A model generated the notes under the pieces. The model had not been told where the DNA came from. It searched no databases and saw only the letters and a program-made list of their open reading frames with translations. From Proteromonas lacertae (taxonomy: Eukaryota): 64,000 bases of DNA. The stretch is from assembly GCA_002245135.1 (NCBI GenBank), contig NGBS01000588.1, forward strand, positions 124,001 to 188,000. Direction: 5' to 3'. The position numbers and the translations under genes were made by a program. Shown piece after piece: positions 27,701 to 40,342 of the stretch (positions are counted from its first letter, which is position 1; each line of letters starts with the position of its first letter).

Positions 27701-29689
27701 AGGTTTAATCACTTTCATTCCTTCATCTACAGATCCTTTATACACTGGTATTATATTAGCTGTATTAACTACATTTTGTATTTTTACATCATTATTATTA
27801 GAATCAGTTGGAATAGGTGGTCCAACATCATCTTCAGGATGTTCAAAATATTCCTTTACTGCTTTCTTACATATATCAGGAAAATTCTGCTGCATATATT
27901 TTCCTAATTTCGGTAATATTGTTTTTGGAAATGACATGTATTTACTGTGTAACCATGTTGATAAAGCACATTGTGATAGTTTGGTAGCTGTGCAAACATC
28001 AATTTGTCTTATTCCGTGTGTTAACATACAGTTGTATAATGCTTTACGCCAAGCACCTTTGAGATTTGGTGGAACCCATATTTCTATTCATTTATTAATA
28101 TTATATATATACGTGTTCTTTTTTCACCAATTCCTCCTGGTACACAGAATGGTACTGGATTCTTATAATCTTCATCATCACTGTTGTTACTGTTATTATT
28201 GCCATTACCATTACTAGTATCATCTATTATAACAATAATATATATAAATATACTTATATAATCTGCATCTAAAAACAGCAAATCATCTTTTCCAATAAAA
28301 TCAGATATATCAGAATTGGCAATTTCTGGTGGAACTGTATTTAACTCAAAATATGCTCTTATCTTTACATTATCTTTAAAATCAGCTGCTCTTTCCCAAG
28401 TAGCTAATTCATAATCCAATCCTTTCCATTTACATAAATATAATGTTTCCTCAATAAATATAGAGTCTTTTACTTCTTTATCCATATCAATATCATCGAA
28501 GATATCTTCGTTTGTATTAGAGAGTGTATAATTTATCATATCACCTTGTTGTTGTTGTTGTTGATCATTTAGATTATCATTCTCTTTTTTAATTGGTTTA
28601 TTCTTCTTCTTCTTCTGCTTTTTTTTCTTGTTCTTACTTCTATTATATTTCTTTTTATTTCCAAATGTAATTAATTCATCATCATCAGATGATTCTTCTT
28701 CTTCTACTTCATTATTATCTTCTTCTTCCTCCTCCTCTTCTTCTTCCTCTGGTTCACTTATGTCTATATCAGGATTCATCTTTAATAATGTAGGAATTAC
28801 ATCCTTGACTCCTCTTTCTTCAGATATTTTCACTAATTCCTCAAATTCATCTAAATTCAACTTGAAATATCTTCTATTTGGAGAATATTTGATTAATTGT
28901 TTTGCTGTTGTTTCTTCATAGTCTTGTAAAACCCTCCAACCAATTAAATACGTGTCTTTATTAATTTCCAATGTACATTTCTTATGTAATAATATCTTAT
29001 CAACACATTGATATTTCTCATAATTAGTAGAAGTTGTGGATATATCTAAATCAGATTCACTATCATATTGTATTTTGCTATTTTCTAACGCTTCTATTTC
29101 ATTCTTTTGCTTATTTGTTTCATATTTCATTATTGAATATTTCCATCTTTTTCTATTATCTATTATAAAATCCTCAGTTTCCCAGTTTAAATGTAAATAT
29201 GAAAGATTTCTGTATTTCACTAAATATTCAATTTGTCCTTCTTTCGTTTCTCTATCATCTAATATTCTATCTATTGATATGAGATATTTGTTATTATCAT
29301 CAACTTCTACTGTTCCTTTTTCTTCTTCGATTTCATCTATATCATCCTCAGGTTCAATGTATTTAGATTTCTTGGGTTGAGTCTTTCCAATTAGACGAGA
29401 ACTTCGTCTTGCTGTTATAGATGATGATTCAGATTCTTGACCTTGCTGTGTATCTACTACTTGACTTGGAGTTGACATTATAGAGTCTGATTCATATTGT
29501 TCTTGTTTATATTCTGATTTTAGAGATGGAACAGATGTTTGTGCTTTCTGGTTTGTGTATATGAAAGTATTAGTGTTATAATCATATAATGATGTGTCTT
29601 CATCATCAGATTCTCCTTTAACATGTGTATATGTGTCTATTTCTTCGGAATCTATACAAAATTATGTCATATACAACTATACAGTCCAT
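21779..29689 (-). CDS. CHD7: CHD6-9-like chromatin remodeler with tandem chromodomains, SNF2 ATPase and a PHD-finger array
   Basis: Chromodomains (EYLVKYRNLSYLHLNW, YLCKWKGLDYELATWE); ILADEMGLGKT, DEAH, QATARCHRIGQ; ELTILQKQYYRAI as in CHD7. ATG at 29689 with three short introns. Confidence 0.88.
21950..22232 (-). repeat. Coding imperfect tandem repeat (QEIET/EEQT) in the acidic tail of the CHD gene
   Basis: Recurring TQEIET and YEQQ(E)PTEE units in the translation. Confidence 0.8.
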
Positions 29690-30305
29690 ATAATCACTGA
29701 TTTTTATAAAAAAGTATTTCTTATCTATATATCATCACATTAAGTTACAATAAACATAATAATGAAAGTCATAAATAACAAATATATAAAAGAAAGGAAA
29801 AATATAAAATTAGTATAAAAACAAAAGAATATAGAAAATATAGAGAAACAACATTAAGATAAGTTTAATATAGAAGTTTTTATATACTTTAGAACAGTTT
29901 TGAAAAACTTTGAGCAAAATGGAATTTCTAAGCAGGTCAAAATAGATTTGAAGTATTGCTATTTTAAATGAATGGGATTATTAAAACTATTTTGCAGAAT
30001 TATATTTTGGAGGGAAAATGAAGTAAGTGATAATGATAGTTTAAATGTGATTTTCATTCTTATCTGGCTATGTCTAAGTTGTATTCTTGTATGAGATAAA
30101 GACTTTGTTTATTAGCTATAATAACACCATAACTTTGTAGGGCAAAATATCAGCAAAGCTTTGTTTTACACTGTTCCATCGTTATACTTAATATTGTTGA
30201 TGTTATGAGTAATTAGAGAATTATTGGTTACATGGTTAGAATACTCTCAAAATAACAACCCCCAAACAACATAAAATGTAATAATTATATAGTAATATAA
30301 TAAAT

Positions 30306-31950
30306 TTATTTAATAACCTTTACATGATCGATATTCTTCATATGATATCTTGTACGTAAATTATGTTGAATAACCAAAGGATCATCACCCGTTCCATCAA
30401 TATCCTATAATAATATACATAAATACAATTAAAATATACTTCATAGTCAATCTTTGTGAGTTTACCTTTAATATCGTAAGCATATACTTTAATAGTTGGA
30501 GGTGGTTGCTGGTGGACTTAATTCAAAGCATTCATACATTAAATTAGAGAATTGAGCGTCATCTCCTAGTAACGATGAATAACTTGAAAAATATTCAATA
30601 AATTGTTCTTCAGTGACTTGATCTGAGTCCCCAATAATCGATTCCCAACTATTTCTATAATCGTTATTTACAAATGAAGGAGTAACTTTCTTTGATTTTA
30701 CTGATGGGAATTTGTAGACATCAAAGTGTTTGATTAGTGTTTGAAGTGGTACAGATGGTTGATGATCGGATAATTCACCGAAAATGTGTTTTAAAGTTGA
30801 CATTCTCTTTTCATTAATTGGTAAGTTAAAATAATCTAAAAAATCATTATAATTAACAAATCCTGTTCTTTTTGGATCAAATGTAGCGAAGAACAATTGT
30901 AAATCGTTTTGTGTAACTTGTAACTGTAAATCTAATAATGCAACGTGGAAATCATGTTGATTTAAGAATCCTGCATTTCTATTGGTCAATGGTGGTGGTG
31001 CAGTTGTAACGCCTAGTTCTATAAGCTTCATTTGCTTTTCATACAAACTATCACTAGCATTTGGATCATGTTGTTTAAATATATTTCTAATACCTATTAT
31101 TCCACTTATACCAGCAATTTCTAAAAACCTAGCTCTATAATCTTCTAATATTGGCTTTAATGCTAATTTATTACCAGCACTTATTATAGGGCTTGTACAA
31201 ATACCTGAGACATGTCCGTCTACTTTATCTACAGCAGTAGCATGTGTTTTTGTAGTATCAAATATATCATTAGTGAAAGTAGACGATCTACCTAAAGGAT
31301 TGTTTCCTTCTGGTGCTGACATTGGTATAAACCCTTGTGCTAAATGTTGTGACCAAAATGTGACTGGAACATCTTTATCATAAGGGACATCTGGTACTTC
31401 CTGTTCTAATTCACTATCTGGAACAGTACATGGCATTTGTCTTAATCCATGAAATGTCATAAGACTTGGATCATAATGAGCTGGCTTTAAATCTTGAGTT
31501 AATCGCTTTGGTGGACCTGGACGAAGTTCATTGGGAATTTCGACATAGTCATCACGATAAGTTGAATGTAAATTCATTACATCTGCTTTTTTAGTTTCAA
31601 CTTTTGCTGTTGTTCGTAATATATTTCTATAAATTAAAGATTTATAAATAAAGAGTATACTTTGCAGTTGTCCATCTATCTGATTGTGCTAGTTTTTCTC
31701 TCGGACCTTCAAGTTCCTCTGAGCGGAATTCTTGGTTCAAACATGGTTTTCTATACGTAGCATGATCTACTGATATATAATCTTTCGGTAAAACTTTATC
31801 TCTATGATCAATAAGACGAATGGCATTTCCTTTCAAAGTAGTTCTTCTAGTATCACCACTCACTTCATTCAAGGCGACTTCTTCTACCCAGTTATCAATC
31901 AAAGTCGTCCTATGATATTTATTGTAAGCATCTGGAACGTGCATAGCCAT
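30306..31950 (-). CDS. Calcyphosin-like EF-hand flagellar protein, with an apparent +1 frameshift near 30510
   Basis: N-terminal YHRTTLIDNWVEE ciliary-type motif; EF-hand FDPKRTGFVNYNDF; calcyphosin-like VTEEQFIEYFSSYSSLLGDDAQF. A shifted frame continues through another GT-AG intron to TAA at 30306. Confidence 0.75.
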
Positions 31951-32067
31951 CTTAAACTATATAAAATTGAAAAACAAACAAAAAATAACGTTTTATGGCT
32001 TGGCTTGAATTGTTTTATTTTTTCTTTATACTCAATAACTCGCAATATTAAACAACTAATAATTATA

Positions 32068-32552
32068 TTACATATATCCTAACAAAATATTTGAATAGTT
32101 GAAATCATCTAATTCCCTCCAAGTTACTTCATTCAAGGCTTTTGCAAGTTCTACTGCAATTAGATGTTTGCACTATTCATAAAAGCGATTATTCTATACT
32201 ATAGGAACATCTTTATTGTTAATCTGTGTTTGAAAAGCAGCACAAGTGCAATAATTGAATAAACAAAGATAAGTGGATGTTCTTCTATAACTCTAAATAT
32301 TAAATATTACTAAATATACGAGAACCTGATATAATTCTTTGTTGGAAGGCTTGAATATGATTTTTTGTACCATCTTCTTGTCAACTATATCTAATGCTCT
32401 TTCCAATAGTGCTGGAGGAAATATAAACCTTAGGATATTTAGTTCTTTATCACCAACTAGAAATATATAAATGACTGTGTTTTACTCTCTTTTGTTTTAG
32501 ATATATCTTCCAATACACTCAAATACAAATCATTCTGAAAAGTATCACTCAT
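32068..32552 (-). CDS. ZSWIM7: SWIM zinc-finger protein ZSWIM7/SWS1 (Shu complex); not in the ORF track
   Basis: Four exons give ...LLERALDIVD...YLCLFNYCTCAAF...PI|CKHLIAVELA, i.e. the CxC-x(n)-CxH SWIM motif. Confidence 0.88.
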
Positions 32553-32572
32553 TATATCATTTAATTAAGAAG

Positions 32573-32590
32573 CCCGCCAAAAAGTTTGAA
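32573..32590 (-). promoter_or_regulatory. Candidate E2F site with adjacent CHR-like element upstream of ZSWIM7
   Basis: TTTTGGCGGG on the minus strand about 20 nt upstream of the ATG, next to TTTGAA. The GC-rich word is rare in this AT-rich window. Confidence 0.45.
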
Positions 32591-32886
32591 AAAAGAGCGA
32601 AACAGTTTTATCGTTTATTTCGTTATAGAAGCATCATTTTTTTCTAAAATCTTTATCGTGATATTTTAATCATTTTATCTATCATTTGATGAAGTAAAAT
32701 AACAAAGAGTAAAATCAACAGTTGAAATTTGTGTGTTTTTGATTTTAGGATATTGTTATTCAAAATGAAATATCAATCATAGTGATAACCATATCACCAA
32801 TCAAATACTTACAACATAAAAATCAAATCGAAAGTTCGATATTCCTCGAACTACATTTTTATTGGTTATTTTTCACTCTATTTCTA

Positions 32887-33845
32887 ATGCGTTTTTCATT
32901 ATTTTTAACACTCGCTCTAGTCTTAACGACTATTTATTGTGAAGAGGTTAAAGTATACTTTCTATAATTTAAAAATTAGGTGCCAACCCCAATTGCTAAA
33001 ATTCAAGAAGAAGGGAAACAAATCCTCAGTGATGCGTGTTACTGTCAACTAGCTCGTGTTCGTCCAACTTTATTCAGGTATATTTTATTTCTTTTTACTC
33101 TCATAGTGACATTTATTGTTCATTTTTCGTGGATGCAACTGAAGAGAAGTGTGTAAATGGTACTCAAAAGCTAGCTGAAGAAATAAAACAGAAAGTAGGA
33201 ACTACAAAACCCATAGAATTCCCAGTTGCACATTATACAAGAATTGTGTATTATCCAAATGGTACAACCACAACAGAAAGAGGTAATACAACCATGTTAC
33301 CATTAAATGCTATGATTCCACATTTCTTCATTCAACAACCTTCATTTACCTTCCGTTTCAGAGGAAGTTTCCATCCTCATCCAGAAGAGAATCATCCACA
33401 ACCACAACCACAACCACAACAAGTACAACCACGACAACCAACTGTAACTGATCCAGTGATGGATATGTTTGATTCTTTATTCAACGAAGTAATCAATATT
33501 TTCAACGAGACAATGAATGAAAGAGGTCATAATTTAAGACAACCAGATAATCAACCAATGAGATTTACCGTTTATACAGACGATGGAAAGAAGATTCATC
33601 ATCATCACATTAGTTTAACTACTTTGGTGATTTTATCAGTTCTTTCATTGATGGTATCATTAACAGTGTTGGGTGCTTTTGTAATTGTGATATTTGGAGC
33701 TGTAAGAGAATTATATAGATATTATGTAAAGAAAGAACGTCCACATGATTCTAATGCTGAAAGAGAAGTAAGAACTGAAGAACAAACAACAAATACATTA
33801 AATCAACCTTTATTAGGTCCGCCAGCAAACGATGATGATTGTTAA
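32887..33845 (+). CDS. Type I single-pass membrane protein, unknown family
   Basis: Signal peptide MRFSLFLTLALVLTTIYC; two introns; long hydrophobic segment near the C-terminus. Confidence 0.8.
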
Positions 33846-33976
33846 GTTGTGTTTAAGAAAATCTTTTGTATTATATATTAATTATTAATTAGCTTATTCT
33901 TAATTTTATTATTTATTTTTTTGGTTAATGAAAATTAATGCTTGGGTGTTTGAAAAATTGATTTTTAAATTTAAAA

Positions 33977-34168
33977 ATGCTACAGAATAAACCAACTAGA
34001 ATTGAACTCACAAATAATGACCTTGTTGTATAACATATATCCTATTCAATTTAGCAATTAGAAAATAAATTAATAAAGAAAAATCCTGTAGTTCAGCAAC
34101 ATCTTGAGCATTTTCAAAGGAATGAAAGAATTGGAATAATTCCACCACAAAATAATAACACAAATTAA
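33977..34168 (+). CDS. CDC26: APC/C subunit CDC26 (about 54 aa, 2 exons); not in the ORF track
   Basis: MLQNKPTRIELTNNDLV|QLEN...NERIG matches the CDC26 hallmarks MLRRKPTRLEL and NDRIG. 27-nt intron. Confidence 0.85.
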
Positions 34169-34241
34169 TTTAATTTTAGATTTACATTTATAATTGTGTA
34201 TTTCAGAAAATCAAAAACAAATACTAACAATAAATTAAATA

Positions 34242-35012
34242 TTATTCTCTAACTGGTAATTTAAATTTGGAAAACCATGTCTTAACAATACAAATCTGAA
34301 GACAAGCAACTATCAAATATGAAAACATTTCTATTGCATTAAAAGCTTGGATTTGTATTTTACGATAATGTGTAACGTTATGAAAATGTGATGCAAGTAA
34401 TACATAACTCCTTGAAGCTTCATTTAAATCAATTAAATTTTGTTGTATGTAATCAAGAGTTGTATTCATTGCTGCTAGGTTGTATACATTAATTGGTAGT
34501 TGTTCTTCCTTGTTTTATATTTATATCTTTATCTTCTTTCTCTCCTTGTGAATAAAAATCGAAATCAGTATGAAGATCATCATTGTGAAAATTGAAAAAA
34601 CAAAATTTATAAGTTCCATCTAAATATGCATATTTATCAAAATACTAAAATATAATAATTCAACAAAATACTGAAGGAGTGATTGAATCCATAAGTTCAT
34701 GTGTAGTTGGATTCATTTTGGAATTTATTGTTTCATTGAGTATCGCTGCACCATTTGGATCAAGTATCTATTACAATTAAATAAATTTGCATATTAATCA
34801 AATATACATAAAAATTTACAGTATAATTACCTCCATGACAAACTAACAGTTCAACACCAAAATAAGAACCATCTATAATATCAGAGTACACACACAAGTC
34901 AGTATTGCCAGGAACCTAACAAAATGAATTATAAATGTAATACATTGTATTTTAATGCATTAATTAAAATAGGAAAAATAATAAACAGCAAAAATATAAA
35001 CTTAATCTTCAT
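34242..35012 (-). CDS. p24/emp24/GOLD family cargo receptor, with an apparent +1 frameshift near 34508
   Basis: Signal peptide, VPGNTDLCVY, ILDPNG, GTYKFCFFN, C-terminal TM ending ACLQICIVKTWF. Confidence 0.88.
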
Positions 35013-35105
35013 TAAAAAAGAAAAGAAAAAAATGTTGGCTTGACTAATAACAAACTTGTTTGGCTTGTGAAAATCGTTTTTTCGTTATTTTTTAAATTAC
35101 TTAAA

Positions 35106-36011
35106 ATGGAGTATATATATTGCATTTTAACTATCTTAGACTTGAAAATATTAAATATTTAAATGATGTGGGTATTGTGTTAAGTGTTGAAGAGAAATCT
35201 GGTTTAGAATTAGCTTTTACTCGTTTACGAGTTGATGAAAATTTGGATAATCTTTATTTTTGGGGTAAGATTATGGGACAACAAGCTGATTATTTCATCG
35301 CTTATACATTAACAGTTCCTGAAGTACCTAAAGTTCCATGCAAACAATTCTATTTTTGGTATATTTAAATCTTCTAATATTTATAGCACAACAAATAATT
35401 ATCAATTAATCCAATTCCCAGAATTATCAGAATGGCAAGAAGAAAACATTTTAGTATATATAAAGAAGGGTGATATTGTAAAAGGAGATCCAAATATATT
35501 ATTGCAAGAGAAAATCCATAATTTAAGTGAAGAAAAAATTGAAAATGCAAAACCAGAGGATATAATTATACCAGAAAGATTAGAAGAACGTCATGAGATA
35601 GTCGAATTAGTAGAAATAATCGATCACGATACTCAAATCATACCAAAAGGATCATTTATAATGACTGAACCCTTCAAAATACGACCAGATAACTCATTCT
35701 GTGGATTGAACGATATTGAATCAAGTAATTTAAATAATTATTATCACTTCCATGCATCTAAACATCAATTACGTAGTAATTTACTTGGTCAAGAGGGTGT
35801 AACTGATGTGTGTAAATTTTTAGACCCCATTTTAGAAGATGATCCAAAGGGATTATGGTGTACAACATTTAATCAATCAATAAGTACAACTTATATAAGA
35901 AATTTGACATGGCCAGGATTTCATTACTTTGGAGTAGATAATAAGAATATATTTGGTTCTTGTTACTTTGGTTATGGTAAGAAGGAAAATGATGTTGTTT
36001 TTATGATTTAA
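35106..36011 (+). CDS. RSPH9: Radial spoke head protein 9
   Basis: LYFWGKIMGQQADYFIA, IIPKG, RNLTWPGF, YFGYGKKENDVVFMI. Two introns. Confidence 0.92.
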
Positions 36012-36121
36012 AGAAAAGAAATAGAAATAATTAATTAAAATACTTATTATATTTTTAATATTATATTTCTTTTATAAAAAATAAAAAATAAAACGAAATC
36101 ATTACTTAATCTTTATCTACA

Positions 36122-37726
36122 CTATACTATTCTTTCTTTCATTAAATTCTCTAATTTCTCTACTTCGTAAAATAGAGTTGTTTTATCAACATGAATTATA
36201 TCAGTTACATAGTTTATTAACAATTCATAACTATGATGATAAATTGTACTACTATCATTTTTACTGTTATAAACAATATAATTATCACTTCCACATTCAA
36301 GCTGTCTCTTTTTCATACCAGCAGATTGATCTGATTTGAACTTATAAATCATATTACTATTCTCTTCAATTTCACAATCTTTTATTAATTCATTTATACC
36401 ACTTATTATTGATTCTACTTCATAATTATCTTTTGTTATTAAATTACAATATCTAAATATATTACATATAAATATACTGAATATATTTCAAAACATTACA
36501 ATCAGGAAGAGTATATAAATCATCAATTTTATCTATTCTATAATTAACAGATATATATGTTTCTAACAATTTCTTCAATATGATTGGCCAACGAATATGT
36601 GTTTTAAACGATATAATTAACAAAGAAATAACATAACAATCAGTTATTAATTCATTTTCAACTGAACATTTATCATAAACTGAAGTATTTGTCTTTTGAT
36701 TAGGTTTTATAAATGGTAAAGGAATATCAATAGCTCTTGAAACTATGGAATATGGAAAATTCAATATTTTCCCAATTCTGTGAATTAATGGAATATATGG
36801 TGTTGGAGATAGTTTCATTTCTAGTATTGAAGTTACATCTGATAAATTGTGTGAAAATATTAACTATTTCAATAAATAAATATATATATAAATATACATC
36901 AGTTAAATGTGTTTTTGGTATATAAAATGATTTATATATTTCACATCCTTTCTTCAATTCATTTGGTAAAAATTCATATGAATTATAATATAATAATCTA
37001 TTCTCATTTACATATTGTATTATTTCATAATAAGTGATTGGATATCTCATATATCTCAAATATGTAAACAAAATACAAATGATGTGATTATAATTGATTA
37101 AATAGTTTTTATTATCTACAATTTTATCTTCTTTTCTCTTTTTTACTTTAATATTTTTTGTTATATTTAAATCTTCATTTTTTTCATTTTTCAGTGTAAT
37201 ATCTTTGTAGGTGAATGTTATTCCATAACTTACAAAACTTGCTAAATTTGGTTGTGTATTGTTTAAATACTTCTTCCATAGTTCAATTAGAAAGTTTGGC
37301 TTTAAGTCACATCTTTCTATTAATTTGAGTTGTTCAAACTATTTAAATAATATATTAAAAAAGAGATAATACTTCTGTTTTTAGTATAAATTTCATTGCA
37401 TTTATTAAATCTTCAACACTTTGGACGTTCTTCTTCCTCCAACATCAGATTTTTTACATTTATTTTCTCTTCAGGTGTGGTTTTCTCTGTTAAATGTTTC
37501 TATATTATGTAATGATTATACAATACAGATGTAACAGCAACACCACGATTTCTTACAATCATTTTCTCGTCATATTCATACTCCTCATTCTTACGTATCT
37601 ATAACAATTATTTATGGATTTACTTACATGAGCAACTTCACCACATATATTACATATGTATGAACCATCTTCTTCGTTTTCTGTAAAATCTCTAGATCGG
37701 CATGTAGAACAAACCAACTCATCCAT
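36122..37726 (-). CDS. TAF1B: RNA Pol I initiation factor TAF1B/Rrn7-like
   Basis: TFIIB-type zinc ribbon CSTC...DGSYICNICG. Cyclin-fold segment YLRYMRYPITYYEIIQYVNENRLLYYNSYEFLP resembles TAF1B. Confidence 0.75.
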
Positions 37727-37879
37727 CAAAAGAAACAAAAATGCAAAATAGAATTTTATCCCAAAATTTTTGAACCACATAATTAAATTCTCATTTTCTC
37801 AATCGTGTAATTGGAATATTCAATAAAAAAATAAAAATTAATATTCATCACAACATAAATAAAATAAAAAGTTATTTAA

Positions 37880-40022
37880 CTAGCATCTACCCCAACTCTG
37901 CCACATAATCTTAAAAACATATTGTTTTCAACTTTATGATTCTAAAAAAATACAATAAATTAAGAGTCTATACTTTAAATACTGGAGGAATATAATCATC
38001 ATCTGGTAAAACTAAATTACATTTTTTTATTCTAATCATTAAATCTTTATGATTATTAAATAATTCCAATAATCCTTCTTCAGCACTTTCTGCTAAAATA
38101 GGATGAACAGGAATAGATTGAATAGTACTAGTCACATTAACAGTTTTACAGGTTTTATACTCAAATGGACTAATAATAATAAATAATAATAATAATAATA
38201 ATAATATTACATACTTTGTTTCATATTTAATTGAATATAAAGCATTACTACATCTAGCATCTTCAGCTCTAGACTCAAAGGTAGATTCTATTAGAAATAA
38301 ATAAACATCTATTTATATATATATATACCCATAGGTAATTCAAACAATGGTTTAGCTAATAGAGGTGGAGTAACAAATGGAATCTTTGGTTTTTCTGTTT
38401 GTAAAACATGTCCTTCTGTTTCTTGTTCTTTCTTTCTCAAATCATTCATTGATTCACCAGTTGTATGGCTTTCTTCTTCACTTATAAATATTCTTTCATC
38501 TACTAATTTCTCAGACCATTGGATATGTCTTTTATTCTAATAATTATATATAATTAATATAAATATAAATATATATATACTGTTTTTTCTGGTGTTTTTA
38601 CTTGAATCACAGGAGCAAATAGTTTAGGAAGCGCTGCATTTACTACTGTCTTATTAATGACATTATGTTTGATAGTTTCTTCTTCCAACTATTAATAATA
38701 ATAATAAATTTATAAATATATACATTTTCTTTTGATTTTCTTAATACATTACCAAACACATCATTCACTATCTTCTTAACTGGTTGTTGTTGGTTTGATG
38801 GTTTATTATTGGTTGGACTTATACTATTCAATTTATCTTCATACACTACAGCTGTAGCAGTTGTTTTTATTTTATTTTCCAAGTCAGATAATGATAAATT
38901 ATCATTCTTATTTCCTTTATAAGACACAATTTTATTCGAATGCAAACCATTCATCTGTACATTTAATTGTTGTTTTTGTTTCTGTTGTTCTTCTATTTGC
39001 TGTTGTTGACGTAATGCATCCATTGTCTGTTTCATTGATTTTTGCCTTAACATTTTCTTATCTTCTTGTTTAGAATCTATTATTATATTATTCACTGTTA
39101 TTGTTTTAGCCTTCTTAGGAGATGGAGGTTTAGTTGATTGTTGTTGATTATTGTTATTATCAATTGTTGTTGTTTCTCTTTGTCTTTTGACTTGAACATC
39201 GTCTTTTTCATCAGAATTTGATTGTTTATGTTGAGTAGAATGATTTTCTAATGATTTATTCTTTGATTCTATTTTTTCCTATTTTAATAAAGAAATAAAA
39301 TTTAAAACTATTATACTCTTTCTTCGTGCAGCATTTCCTTCCATTTTTCTTTACATATTAATGCTTGTTTTTGCAAATATGGGATTTTGGTATCTTTTGA
39401 TAATTCATTTATAATTTTGTTGATTTCATTGGAGTGATTTCGAATAACTATTCTATTAATTGGAAATTTGGTTATTAATTCAAGCATTTCTGTTGCAAAC
39501 TGAGGAAATGATGTCTTATATTCATTTATCCAGGTGTTAATTACTCTTAATATTCCAGCATTTTGAAATTTTTGTATTTCACTTTTTTTACTACATTTTA
39601 ATGCATTTATTATGTATTTTCTATCTATATATTTCTATTCAGAGTATAAATATATCAATAAACATACAAATGTATTTTCAATTGCTATAAAACAACTGTT
39701 ACTGAATAAAAATCCTTCAGAATATATCCCAATATCTTGATATTCCTTATACATTTCACCATATTCTTTATTTAATTCTACATTTTGTGAAATGGAAGGT
39801 GTTATAAAACTCTATACATATTATAGACCAAATCATACTCTCTTATTATTTATTGGCACGAGTTCAACTAAATCAGATATTAAGCGCTGTGTCTACCACA
39901 TAAAATCAAATATATACAATATAAAGGTTATTTATTTGGTCAATAAACTTTGCTTGGGTTCTATTTGCAAGCTCTTTAAAAGCTTTCTTATTCATACATC
40001 TATAACTATCCTCCTCTTCCAT
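37880..40022 (-). CDS. PNUTS/PPP1R10-like PP1 regulator (multi-exon)
   Basis: TFIIS-N-terminal-like helices (KFQNAGILRVINTWI...LELITKFPI...KEKWKEML) followed by an RVxF-type site KRHIQW. Confidence 0.6.
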
Positions 40023-40342
40023 TTAAAAAAGAATAGCATAAACTCAAAAACTTGACTAATCAAGCTTTCTCATTATAAATTGAAAAAATGACACAAACAC
40101 ACTTAATAATAGATAATTACTCATTCTATTTTTATTTCAAAAGTAAAAGAAAAGTTTATCATTAAATCCAGTAATATTTGTCTGATTGACAAATCTTTAT
40201 GATAAACCACAAATAATAACAAAATATAAACAACTTTTATTTACTTTTTTTTCAATTCATATTCCATAATGATTTTGAGGGTAAATGAATAAAAATTAAT
40301 ATTGGAATTTTTTCAAAAATAAATCTATCTAAAAATAATGTG

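Noticed and set aside
34085..34150. tRNA-like look (TAGTTCAGC plus small stems)
   Set aside because: No T-loop GTTC or acceptor stem; the segment is exon 2 of CDC26.
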